The notes under the pieces: generated by a model
Databases searched by the model: none
What the model was told of the DNA's origin: nothing
The model's input: the letters and a program-made list of their open reading frames with translations, nothing else
Shown: in pieces, positions 37,246-46,515 of the stretch
Position numbering within the stretch: the stretch's first letter is position 1
How the letters are laid out: each line of letters starts with the position of its first letter
Assembly: GCA_033763315.1 (NCBI GenBank)
Contig: JANRKS010000026.1
Coordinates: 32,531 to 96,530 of the forward strand
DNA length: 64,000 bases
Reading direction: 5' to 3'
Origin: Deltaproteobacteria bacterium
Lineage (GTDB): Bacteria; Myxococcota_A; Polyangia; Fen-1088
Made by a program: the position numbers and the translations under genes

Positions 37246-40200
37246 TCACCAGCCCGCAGCGCCGCAAATATCTTCCACGCATGGCAACGGCTCGCGGGGC
37301 AGTTCCCGCCGGGACTTATTGCACATCGCCCAACTATCATCCGCCGCACCCTTATCGAAGCCCACGCACACCAATTTGCCCACAGAAACCTGGGCATGCG
37401 AATGCCCTGTGGCGCCTGTATAGGCGTCCTTCCACAGGCTAAATATTCCGGCATCTTCCATTCCGATTTTGCCGAGCGTCTCCGTAATTGGTCCAGAGCC
37501 ACATGTGCCGCCGGGCGACACGCGGGTACCGCCTTGCACTGACAACGGCGCCTGATCAGAGCCTAGATCTAGAACTGTGTATCCAAGATAGCGGTTTTGA
37601 ACACCAAAGCCTTTGCCTCCCACCACATCTGCTCGACACCAGCCGCCAAAATCCGGATTGTCGGCGCTGTGATCCTCGGTCTCCCAAAGGCCTTTCCATC
37701 TCCCAACCTCAACCGTGATCTTGCCAACGCGCCGCCCGGCTCGCGAGTTGCGAAGCGTGTACGTCAAAGTATATTTGCCTGGCTTGTTGGCTTGAAACGA
37801 AGCATTGGGCTTGGCGGTGCCGCGATCACGCACGAACGAGACCGGTTGTTGTGGCTCCCGGGAGGCTTGCACCCATTCAAGGCTGGCGGCCGATTCGGGC
37901 TGCACCTTGAGAATCAACTTTCCGTCAATGATCAGATTTCGGACCACGGGCACCTGAAGCTTCACGGTGGCGGCGTCTTCATCACCTTCGGAAACCCACA
38001 TGTTGAAGTACCAATCATCATCAGAGGCAACAGCGCCAAGCACGGGCATCACCACCGGGCGTCCCACGCCCGTGTAATAGGTCTGCGGCTCTAGCGTCGG
38101 GCACGAATCGTCCTCGGGATAAAGGATTGAAGGCGCTTGGCCATCGGGGCATGGTTTCACTTCGAGACAACTCGTTAAGTTCCGGTTCTTCGGCACGAAC
38201 AATAGATCAAAAGTGTTGTCGCTTTCGTTCGCGCCGTCCTGGGTCCACAGCCGCACCACGTCTTCATACTGCTTCCACCTTGGGCTTATGCGGCTTGCGT
38301 CTGCTTCGGCACTGGGCCGACCCCAGTTGTCTCCGTCAACCCAAAGATGATCCGGCACACCGTCAGGGCGCTGGTTTCGGTTGTTGATCACTGACTGACG
38401 CGACAAATGATCCAGAACCTTAAGCGCCATTTGGTCGTTGTGACTTACGTACGCCCCGGTGGTCGGCAGACAAATATCTTTGACGACGTCAACGGCGATT
38501 GGTCCTTCTGTTCCCAGGAACAACTTTTGATGAGCGGTCGCGATGCCTATGTGGCTAAAGCAATCGTAGCCGTACATGTCCACCAGCGTGAACGGAATGA
38601 CGGGAAAGTTGTTCGCGCGCAAATTCGCCGCCCAAGGAAATGAAAAGCCTGGCGCATACGCGATGAAAGGCGCGTCTGCCGGATAGACAACGTCGGTGCG
38701 AGGCAATTCGCAACCTTCACAGTCGCCGGTCACGGTGCGTTTGGTGTCGGCGCTTCTAAGGGTGGCGTTGAAGGCAGGTGTGAAGGTTTTCCAGCCATTT
38801 TCACGAATGTGAACGTCGCTGAGCAGCGGGTCATCCGGCGCGCCGAACACGACCTTGACACTGCATTGCGAACGACTTGTGCCCTTGCCGGCTGGAATGT
38901 GCCACTCGCTGTCATACGAATAAACCAGGCGCGCAAACGAGCCCGCCACGGGCGTCCCGGTGAGAGTGACGTGCAGCAAGCCGTTTTGGCTGAACGTTGC
39001 CGGGAGCCCTGGCGAACGCTCTACGACGTTGCTTTCGCCGATCAATGCTGCGGGCAACCCGCGATCCGCGCGAACGCTAAAGTCGTTGCGCGCAAAATCA
39101 ACTTCGAACACGTCGATGTTGTTGGGAACGAAAACCAGATCGTCCTGACACACAGGCGGCGCGGCGTCGCCCGCCAACATCGAACGCAGCGAATTCGTTG
39201 GATCGATGTAACCCTGGCCATGCACGTTCATGGCGGTGCGGCTCTTGCGATCGTTGAACCAAAGGGCGGATTGCGGCTCTATGCCTGCAAAGTCCTCGGG
39301 GTCAATCTTCAAGAACGAGTTCTCCGCGCCTAACCTGATGAGTCCCACCAGGCCCTGTGCGAGATCTGCGGCCAACCACGAAAGCGCGGCAACGCCGTTT
39401 AACTGCGATGCGTTCATCCACGCCCACTCAGCGTCCGCCGTTCCTAACGTGGGCACCGCGTCTGTTTCGACCGTTACGAAACTAAACTGCTGGCCATACG
39501 TGGAAGCAGTCACCGCGTTGGCCGTTGCCCAAAATGGCATGGGACGCCCAGCGACACCTATGCCACCACCGAGGGAAATGTCGTGGCTGGCGAGCAGCTT
39601 GCCAACTTCAACGAACTTGGTGCGCTGCCACCTTGGCGGCGCAAAAGGAAACAGCGCGGGAAGGGTTTCGCCGTTCAACAGCAGCGGGAGCAACGACGAG
39701 ATGTTTGAACCTTGGCTATGCCCGGTGAAGAACAAACTGGCGTGGTTGGGAATCTTGCCGCTTTTCACCGCCTGTTCAATGCTGAACGCCACCATCAGCA
39801 AATAGGGTGAATTTGCCGCGAAGAGTGCAGATTGATCGAGGAGATTCTCGTTGAGATCGTTGAGGCTGTGATCCCAAGCCGAAGGAATGGAACCGGCGAT
39901 GGCCATCCAATACTGCGGTCGGCCCGTGTTTCCCGGTGCGTCCGCGCGGTAAAGCTTAATGGCCGCTCCGTCTGCACCACGCCATGGGTAAGCGGAATAG
40001 ACGATCTCGCGCGTGAAATCCTGCATCGTCTTGACGTTGGCGCGGATCCGGTCTTCGCGAATGGCCGGGTCAATTTGAATGATGTTGCACGACTTCACTG
40101 ATGACGCGGCGGTGCCTTCGACGGTGCCGATGGTTTTGAAAAAGGGCCAATCTGGTAAAGGCGGATCGGCGGGCACGGGTGGTGGCGTGGCGCCGTCGGC

Positions 40201-40395
40201 CTTGGCCTCCACAGGTGGCTCGACGGATGGCGGAAGCTCGCTGGTTGGTGGCGAAGTGCCGTTGGCCATCTCGCTCATCGGCGACTTCGGGTGCTCTTTG
40301 CATGAAGTCACACCGAGCCAGGCCACCAGGCAGCCCAACAAGGGCAGGCAATGGATCGTATGCAAATGACTACGGGGGTTTCGGTTGGTTGGCAT
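37246..40395 (-). CDS. Large (1049 aa) lipoprotein with an N-terminal lipase-class-3-like alpha/beta-hydrolase domain and a long uncharacterised C-terminal region
   Basis: RBS AGGAGGGG before ATG 40395; lipobox GVTSC; Pro-rich linker; nucleophile elbow FFTGHSQGSN. For about 700 aa downstream I recognise no motif. Confidence 0.8.
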   Translation of the reverse strand: MPTNRNPRSHLHTIHCLPLLGCLVAWLGVTSCKEHPKSPMSEMANGTSPPTSELPPSVEPPVEAKADGATPPPVPADPPLPDWPFFKTIGTVEGTAASSVKSCNIIQIDPAIREDRIRANVKTMQDFTREIVYSAYPWRGADGAAIKLYRADAPGNTGRPQYWMAIAGSIPSAWDHSLNDLNENLLDQSALFAANSPYLLMVAFSIEQAVKSGKIPNHASLFFTGHSQGSNISSLLPLLLNGETLPALFPFAPPRWQRTKFVEVGKLLASHDISLGGGIGVAGRPMPFWATANAVTASTYGQQFSFVTVETDAVPTLGTADAEWAWMNASQLNGVAALSWLAADLAQGLVGLIRLGAENSFLKIDPEDFAGIEPQSALWFNDRKSRTAMNVHGQGYIDPTNSLRSMLAGDAAPPVCQDDLVFVPNNIDVFEVDFARNDFSVRADRGLPAALIGESNVVERSPGLPATFSQNGLLHVTLTGTPVAGSFARLVYSYDSEWHIPAGKGTSRSQCSVKVVFGAPDDPLLSDVHIRENGWKTFTPAFNATLRSADTKRTVTGDCEGCELPRTDVVYPADAPFIAYAPGFSFPWAANLRANNFPVIPFTLVDMYGYDCFSHIGIATAHQKLFLGTEGPIAVDVVKDICLPTTGAYVSHNDQMALKVLDHLSRQSVINNRNQRPDGVPDHLWVDGDNWGRPSAEADASRISPRWKQYEDVVRLWTQDGANESDNTFDLLFVPKNRNLTSCLEVKPCPDGQAPSILYPEDDSCPTLEPQTYYTGVGRPVVMPVLGAVASDDDWYFNMWVSEGDEDAATVKLQVPVVRNLIIDGKLILKVQPESAASLEWVQASREPQQPVSFVRDRGTAKPNASFQANKPGKYTLTYTLRNSRAGRRVGKITVEVGRWKGLWETEDHSADNPDFGGWCRADVVGGKGFGVQNRYLGYTVLDLGSDQAPLSVQGGTRVSPGGTCGSGPITETLGKIGMEDAGIFSLWKDAYTGATGHSHAQVSVGKLVCVGFDKGAADDSWAMCNKSRRELPREPLPCVEDICGAAGW

Positions 40396-40707
40396 CTGTT
40401 TCCCCTCCTGTCGCCCTTCACATGAGCGACGTTCGGTTGTACCAACGCGAATCACCAGCGGCCGTCAAATACCGGCCTCCCTTCGTTCACCTTGCCGCAT
40501 GACTAGGGTTTTCCCTCTCTAAGCGACCTGGGACCTATCGGCCTTTGTAACAAGACGATGACCGCGCGGATGCTGTCCGCACGCGTCGCCATGGATTCGC
40601 GTTGCAGGCCCTTCTCAGCTGCAACGAGTGACACATTTGCATCTAAGCGGGGCTTCTTTTCTTACGCGTTTGCAAACCGAGGCCACAGAGGGCAAAGATG
40701 CCCGCAC

Positions 40708-41967
40708 ATGAAGCCGCGCCAAATGATCATCGCCCTCTTGGTGGGCACGCTGTCAGGCCTGCTTGTCAATGCATTGGCGGCCGACGCGGCGTGGGTGACC
40801 TGGGTGGTCAACAACGTGTCCACGGTGATCGGCCAATTGTTCATCCGGCTGCTGTTTGTGCTGGTGGTGCCGCTGCTGTTCTCAGCGCTGGTGATGGGCA
40901 TTGCCGAACTGGATCTCAAGGATCTGGGCAAACTGGGCGGCCGCACGCTCGCCTACACGGTTGTGGTTTCGATTATCGCCGTGAGCGTGGGGTTGGTGCT
41001 TGTGAATGTGTTGCAACCGGGTGCGGGCGCCGACCCCAACATCCGCACGATGGCCGGGGCCAGCGGCATCAAGGCGGCGCCCCAACCCATGGATACATCT
41101 GCCGCCGGCGTCATCTTGAGCATGGTGCCTGAAAACGCCGTGAAGGCAGCTGCCAACGGCGACATGATCGGCATCATCGTTGTGGCCTTCATCTTTGGCA
41201 TCGCTTTGACCCGAACGCGTACAGCGGCTGCACGGCAGCTGCAGGGGGTGATGGAAGGCATCTACGACGTCACGATGACGTGCATCAACGGTGTGATGCG
41301 CTTGGCGCCCATAGGCGTGGGCGCGCTGCTGTTTTCGATGACCGCGCGGGTCGGAGGTGGCCCGCTCAAACAAGTGGTGGCTTACGTGGGCGTGGTGATG
41401 CTGGGCCTGGCGTTTCACTGTTTCGTCGTCTACTCGATCTTGTTGCGCACGGTGGGCCGCACCAATCCGATCACATTCTTCCGCGGCGCACGCTTGGCGA
41501 TGATCACCGCGTTCTCCACCGCGTCGTCCACCGCCACGCTGCCTACCGCTTTGTTGGTGGCCGAGCATCAGCTCAAGATCCCGCGTGGCGTGAGCCGTTT
41601 CGTTCTAACCGTGGGCGCAACCATGAACCAAAACGGCACCGCGCTGTTTGAAGGCGTCACGGTGTTGTTCTTGGCGCAGCTTTACGGCGTTCAACTGGCG
41701 TTCGGCCAGCAAGCTCTTGTGATGTTCATCTGCGTGTTGGCGGGCATCGGCACCGCCGGCGTTCCCGCAGCGTCGCTGCCCGTGATCGCGATGATTTTGG
41801 GGATGTTTAAGATTCCACCCGAAGGCTTGGGCTTCATCTTGGGTTTCGATCGCTTGCTCGACATGAGCCGCACCACTTTGAATGTCACGGGCGATCTGGT
41901 GGCCGCCGTATGCGTGGCGCGTGGGGCGCAAGAAGAGCCGTCCGCGCCCGCCCCGAGGGACGATTAA
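40708..41967 (+). CDS. Dicarboxylate/amino acid:cation symporter (DAACS, GltP-like)
   Basis: FSTASSTATLP and GATMNQNGTALFEGV are the signature motifs of the family. Confidence 0.9.
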   Translation: MKPRQMIIALLVGTLSGLLVNALAADAAWVTWVVNNVSTVIGQLFIRLLFVLVVPLLFSALVMGIAELDLKDLGKLGGRTLAYTVVVSIIAVSVGLVLVNVLQPGAGADPNIRTMAGASGIKAAPQPMDTSAAGVILSMVPENAVKAAANGDMIGIIVVAFIFGIALTRTRTAAARQLQGVMEGIYDVTMTCINGVMRLAPIGVGALLFSMTARVGGGPLKQVVAYVGVVMLGLAFHCFVVYSILLRTVGRTNPITFFRGARLAMITAFSTASSTATLPTALLVAEHQLKIPRGVSRFVLTVGATMNQNGTALFEGVTVLFLAQLYGVQLAFGQQALVMFICVLAGIGTAGVPAASLPVIAMILGMFKIPPEGLGFILGFDRLLDMSRTTLNVTGDLVAAVCVARGAQEEPSAPAPRDD

Positions 41968-41968
41968 T

Positions 41969-42751
41969 TCACATGGGCAACCGCGCGAGCGCCTCTGCCA
42001 CCGCGCCGGCTAAACCCATGGCCTGCACGCACGCCTCAAAGCTGCCGCTCAACGGCGCTTGCACATTCAGATACGTCCCGTCCTCACGTGGCAGCGATAA
42101 GGCCAACGCGTGCAGTGCCAAGCGATGCAACCCGAAACGCTCTTTGAAGAAGCGGTTGTGTTCGCTTTTGCCATAATTCGCGTCGCCGATCAGCGGACAC
42201 GATAAATGCTTTAGGTGCCGGCGGATCTGATGCAACCGCCCCGTGCGCGGTTGCGCCAGCACAAGGCCATAACGCTCCCAGAGGCCCAATCGATGCACCT
42301 CGGTGACGGCCGGCACGCGCTTGTCGCTGCCTTCTTCATTCGGTATCGCGTGATCTACCACCACGTGCACCGGGGGGTGCCCGCGTACGATGGCGATGTA
42401 ACTTTTGTGCACGCGTCCCTCGGCAAAAGCCTGCGCGCCCGCATTCGCCGCGGCGCGATCCAAAGCGAACGCCAACACGCCGCTGGCACCGCGATCCAAG
42501 CGATGTAACGGGTAAACCTTTTGCCCCAGTTGCTGGCCCAAAAGCTTCACCACGCCGCCTTCGTCCTGCGCCCATCCGGGATGCACAACGATGCCCGACG
42601 GCTTATCGACAACCACGTATGCGTCGTCGCGGAACAACACCGCAATGTTCGCGCCTTCACTCACGCGCGCGCCCGTGGCTTGAAAAACACCAGAAAATCC
42701 TTCGCACAACAGCCGCCGCAACGCAAGCGATGCACGCGTTGCTCGAAACAT
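41969..42751 (-). CDS. RluA-family pseudouridine synthase (TruC-like)
   Basis: VVVDKPSGIVVHP and the catalytic HRLDRGASGVLAFA. The start is uncertain (42751 or 42808). Confidence 0.85.
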   Translation of the reverse strand: MFRATRASLALRRLLCEGFSGVFQATGARVSEGANIAVLFRDDAYVVVDKPSGIVVHPGWAQDEGGVVKLLGQQLGQKVYPLHRLDRGASGVLAFALDRAAANAGAQAFAEGRVHKSYIAIVRGHPPVHVVVDHAIPNEEGSDKRVPAVTEVHRLGLWERYGLVLAQPRTGRLHQIRRHLKHLSCPLIGDANYGKSEHNRFFKERFGLHRLALHALALSLPREDGTYLNVQAPLSGSFEACVQAMGLAGAVAEALARLPM

Positions 42752-42876
42752 GGCGGCCGCATTCCCGCAAAAAACGCTGAGAAACCGCACGATACCAGTG
42801 ACTTGCACACGCCCCGGCGCGTCGGCATGGGGGCTGCAACGAAGCTGTCACAAAACCACACCCCGCGGAGGACGAC

Positions 42877-43851
42877 ATGGACCTAAGCACAAAGTACATG
42901 GGCATGGATCTGGGCAGCCCGATTGTTTTGGCCGCGTGTCCCTTGTCTGACGACGTGGACATCGTGAGTCGCTGCGTGGATGCCGGTGCAGGCGCCGTGG
43001 TGATGCGCTCGCTGTTTGAAGAGCAGATCACAAAAGAGCAACACCTGCCGCGGCCCACGGGCAACGAAGCCGACGGTGAAGCCACGCAATTTTCGTTCAC
43101 CGTCAATCGTTACCTTGAGCAGATCGCGCGGATCAAAGACGCACTGGATGTGCCTGTGATCGGATCGATCAACGGCACCACACTGGGAGGCTGGGTGCGC
43201 CACGCCGAGATGGTTCAGCGGGCAGGCGCGGACGCGATTGAACTCAACGTCTATTACACCGCCACGGATCCTGACGAAGAGCCTCGCGCCGTGGAGCAGC
43301 GTTATACCGACATCGTGGCGGCCGTGCGGGCACGCATCACGGTTCCCCTGGCCGTCAAGCTGTCGCCGTTCTTCTCAGCGCCCGTATATATGGCGCGCAA
43401 ACTTGATCAGGCAGGGGCAGAAGGCCTGGTGATGTTCAACCGCTTCTACCAGCCCGACATCGATGCCACGAGCCGGAAGGTCACAAGTAGCATCACCTTA
43501 TCTGACTCCTCATCGTTGCCGTTGCGACTGCGTTGGCTGGCCGCGACGTATGGGAAAGTCAAAGCCTCACTCGCTTGCACAGGCGGCATCCACACGGGCA
43601 CCGACGCCGTCAAAGCCACTCTCGCGGGTGCCGACGTGGTGCAGATGGCCTCGGCCGTTTTGCGTTCGGGGCCGAACGCAATCCGCAAGGTGCGCGATGA
43701 GCTAACGGAATGGATGCGCACCAACCACGTCGAGAACCTGCAAGACATCCGCGGCGAATTAAGCCTTGCGCGCTGCAAAGACCCCGTGGGCCTTTTCCGC
43801 GCCAATTACCTTAAGACGCTGCACGAGTGGCATCCGGCCGATTCGCTCTAG
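42877..43851 (+). CDS. Dihydroorotate-dehydrogenase-like protein (PyrD family, class-1-like)
   Basis: MDLSTKYMGMDLGSPIVLAACPLS, NVYY, and TGGIHTGTDAVKATLAGADVVQMAS. Confidence 0.85.
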   Translation: MDLSTKYMGMDLGSPIVLAACPLSDDVDIVSRCVDAGAGAVVMRSLFEEQITKEQHLPRPTGNEADGEATQFSFTVNRYLEQIARIKDALDVPVIGSINGTTLGGWVRHAEMVQRAGADAIELNVYYTATDPDEEPRAVEQRYTDIVAAVRARITVPLAVKLSPFFSAPVYMARKLDQAGAEGLVMFNRFYQPDIDATSRKVTSSITLSDSSSLPLRLRWLAATYGKVKASLACTGGIHTGTDAVKATLAGADVVQMASAVLRSGPNAIRKVRDELTEWMRTNHVENLQDIRGELSLARCKDPVGLFRANYLKTLHEWHPADSL

Positions 43852-44028
43852 CATCGGCATAGGGGCGTCGAGTGATCCCCGACGACCCCTGCCACACTGC
43901 CTGGCATCCGGGTCCGCACCAGGCGGTTCAAAGAGAAGACTGCAGGTGGTTGGAACACCACAAAGATCGTGGCAGCCAAGCCGGTGGCGAAACAACCAAA
44001 GCCGTAAGGGCGGACCAAAGCCCGCGCG

Positions 44029-44433
44029 CTACGGATGGATTAGTTCAACTGTCGGGAAGTAGGTGCGGTAGCGGGTGGGGTCTCTTGTGAGGAGACGAAA
44101 CCGACGCACGGCCGCGTGAGCGCCAATGTAGAAGTCGGGGAGCGGACTCGTTCGCCGTCCGCCTCGACGTCTGTATTGCAGAAAAGCCTTCCCTGCGAGA
44201 AAGCCTGCCTCAAAAGGGAGCGGCTCCCTTTGATACACGAACGTAGGCAGGGCGGCTTCGAGATCCTCGATCTTCTTAAATCCAACAGATATCTCGGCAT
44301 AAATCAGCGGGTTGATCGCCAACGTCGATTCGTTTGCTGCAGCTTCAAGAGCTTGGCAGGACCAGTGACACCAGCGTTTGTCTTCGGTCGCGATGTCCAA
44401 AATGACGTTGCTATCGACAAGGACGACGCTCAT
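44029..44433 (-). CDS. vapC: Type II toxin, PIN-domain VapC
   Basis: MSVVLVDSNVILDI, LPDFYIGAHA and LLTRD carry the PIN acidic residues. There is a 4-nt overlap with the upstream antitoxin. Confidence 0.85.
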   Translation of the reverse strand: MSVVLVDSNVILDIATEDKRWCHWSCQALEAAANESTLAINPLIYAEISVGFKKIEDLEAALPTFVYQREPLPFEAGFLAGKAFLQYRRRGGRRTSPLPDFYIGAHAAVRRFRLLTRDPTRYRTYFPTVELIHP

Positions 44434-44666
44434 TTTCCGCTTCTGGTCAGCCGAAGAATCTCGTCCGTGGTCATTTTCACCGTAGCCCTGCCACGAAGGC
44501 GCTCAACAGCATCATGCCCTCTACCGCGCGTGGACTTTGCTGGCAACTTGACCAGCCGCACAGTGTTTCCATGAATCTCAAAGTCGACTTCGGTGTTGGG
44601 CAATAGTCCCATTTTCTCGCGGACTTCAATGGGGATGGTCACCTGGCCCTTAGACGTAATTCTCAT
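44430..44666 (-). CDS. vapB: AbrB/MazE/SpoVT-type antitoxin VapB
   Basis: MRITSKGQVTIPIEVREKMGL is the SpoVT-AbrB swapped-hairpin motif. Confidence 0.85.
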   Translation of the reverse strand: MRITSKGQVTIPIEVREKMGLLPNTEVDFEIHGNTVRLVKLPAKSTRGRGHDAVERLRGRATVKMTTDEILRLTRSGK

Positions 44667-44688
44667 GTATTACTCCTACAAGTAATAC
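44667..44688. promoter_or_regulatory. Perfect palindrome over the vapB RBS (candidate VapBC operator)
   Basis: GTATTACT-N6-AGTAATAC lies immediately 5' of the vapB ATG and includes the AGGAG Shine-Dalgarno. Confidence 0.45.
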
Positions 44689-44757
44689 TACCTCTGGGAC
44701 ACCGGAGCTGCAAGGCGACGGCACTGGCGTTATTGTCTTGCCCGTGCCCATTGGTGG

Positions 44758-45211
44758 GTGGCAAAGAATGCCCCTAGCTTCAACCGCCATCATGTAGCGG
44801 AATGTGCACTAAACCTTCCCGTCAACGGCCGCAACCGGCCAAGAAGCCAATACGAGATGAAGTTGCAGAGGGAAGTGCTTGAAGATGCCGCACTTCGGTT
44901 TCAAAGACGACACGGGCTGCATCGTCCTCACGCGTCTCGCCCGGGGGTGGTGCTGCTCACTCTATCGGGGCAAGACAAAGGTCAGTTCGGAGACGCCGTC
45001 TTTGCGGACCTCGCCAGCGATATGTCCCGCTATCGCAGCACGAGCTGTGGCGACGCTTGCACAACTGGGAGATCGCAAAGTTCGCGCTGGCGCTCAAGGC
45101 CATCCCAGAAGGTGGGGGCACGATGCTGGACAACACGATAATCGCATCGGCTCCGACATCGCGCATGGCCATACGCACCGCCGCAACACATTAGCGGTAG
45201 CATACCGTTGA
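44758..45211 (+). pseudogene. Decayed DUF1552 gene remnant (frameshifted and truncated)
   Basis: One frame reads HNWEIAKFALALKAIPEGGGTMLDNTII, and the next frame continues GSDIAHGHTH. Compare the intact copies: PEGDGTVLDNTTIVWSSDIS..HDHDN and MHAWE..KEGNGTLLDNTLI. The left boundary is uncertain. Confidence 0.5.
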
Positions 45212-45244
45212 CAATAATGTAATTGAAGTCAATTATTGCTAACT

Positions 45245-46438
45245 ATGCAATATAAAAGGGAATGTCTGTCGAAGCTGAAGACAATTGCCCGCCAATTTCC
45301 GGCGGTGGTGGTCACGGGCGCCCGGCAAACCGGCAAAACAACCCTGCTTCGGGAGACGTTCAAAAAACATCGGTACGTCTCACTTGATCTGCCGAGTGCG
45401 GCAGAGCTGGCGGAGCGGGAGCCCGAACGCTTCATCGCCCTTAACCCGCCACCTTTGTTGATCGACGAAGTTCAATACGCGCCGGGATTGTTCCGTCATT
45501 TGAAGATTGCGATCGACAGCGACCGACATTCACCTGGAGCGTTCGTTTTGACGGGCTCGGAGAAGTTTGTGCTCATGAAGTCGGTGGCAGACAGCCTCGC
45601 GGGGCGCTGCGCCTTACTGGAGCTTGAAACACTTTCGCTTGAAGAGATCGCGCAGCACAATCCCTTCCCATCCACAGCGTCTGCGCTTGTCGCACACCTA
45701 TACCGAGGCGGTTTTCCTGAGCTGTGGCGGGATCCTTCAATTGAACCAAGCCTTTTTTATCGCGGCTACCTCAGCACCTATCTTGAACGCGACGTTCGGC
45801 AGATCTTGAATGTCACAAGCCTTCGCGATTTCGAGCGCTTCATTCGAGCGTGCGCCAGCCGAACGGCGCAACTCCTCGACAAAGCGAGTCTTGCACGCGA
45901 CGTGGGTGTGAGCGCCAAAACCATAAACGAGTGGTTGAGCGTGCTTGAAGCTTCCAACCAAATCCAGCTGCTTGAGCCGTACTTCGAGAATCTAGGCAAA
46001 CGCATCGTAAAAAGCCCCAAGCTCTATTTCTCAGATACGGGGCTGCTTTGCTACCTATTGGGGCTGGATGAGAGAGCGATCGAGAAGAGCCCCTACCTTG
46101 GTGCGATTTGGGAAACAGCCTTGTTCGCGCAGCTTCGCAAGCGGCGAGAACATCGCAGTGATCTGTCGACGATCTGGTTTTATCGAGATGGACAGCAACG
46201 GGAAGTGGATTTTGTTATCGCGGCCGGGAACTCCAGGCGTTTGGTCGAAGTCAAATGGACCGAGAACCCTACGGCGCGAGATGCAGACGGCCTCGAGAAG
46301 GTCGCTGAAATCATGCGAGCGAACGGCAAAGCGCCCGACGTCAGCACATTCATCGCTTGTCGCACGCCCCACGAATCGATCGTTGCACAATCGACGCGCG
46401 TGATTGATGCAAAAGCGATGGCGTCTTTGATCCAATAG
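45245..46438 (+). CDS. AAA-type ATPase with C-terminal DUF4143 (COG1373-like)
   Basis: Walker A VVTGARQTGKTTLL, Walker B PLLIDEVQ, and a C-terminal REVDFVI..VEVKW block. GC is lower than the neighbours, and the upstream region is AT-rich. Confidence 0.85.
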   Translation: MQYKRECLSKLKTIARQFPAVVVTGARQTGKTTLLRETFKKHRYVSLDLPSAAELAEREPERFIALNPPPLLIDEVQYAPGLFRHLKIAIDSDRHSPGAFVLTGSEKFVLMKSVADSLAGRCALLELETLSLEEIAQHNPFPSTASALVAHLYRGGFPELWRDPSIEPSLFYRGYLSTYLERDVRQILNVTSLRDFERFIRACASRTAQLLDKASLARDVGVSAKTINEWLSVLEASNQIQLLEPYFENLGKRIVKSPKLYFSDTGLLCYLLGLDERAIEKSPYLGAIWETALFAQLRKRREHRSDLSTIWFYRDGQQREVDFVIAAGNSRRLVEVKWTENPTARDADGLEKVAEIMRANGKAPDVSTFIACRTPHESIVAQSTRVIDAKAMASLIQ

Positions 46439-46515
46439 GAGGGTGAATGGCTTGGTCCGCCCTTTGCGCATCTCGACTCTGCTGAGCAACAACTCTATGA
46501 ACGAATAGGTAACGC

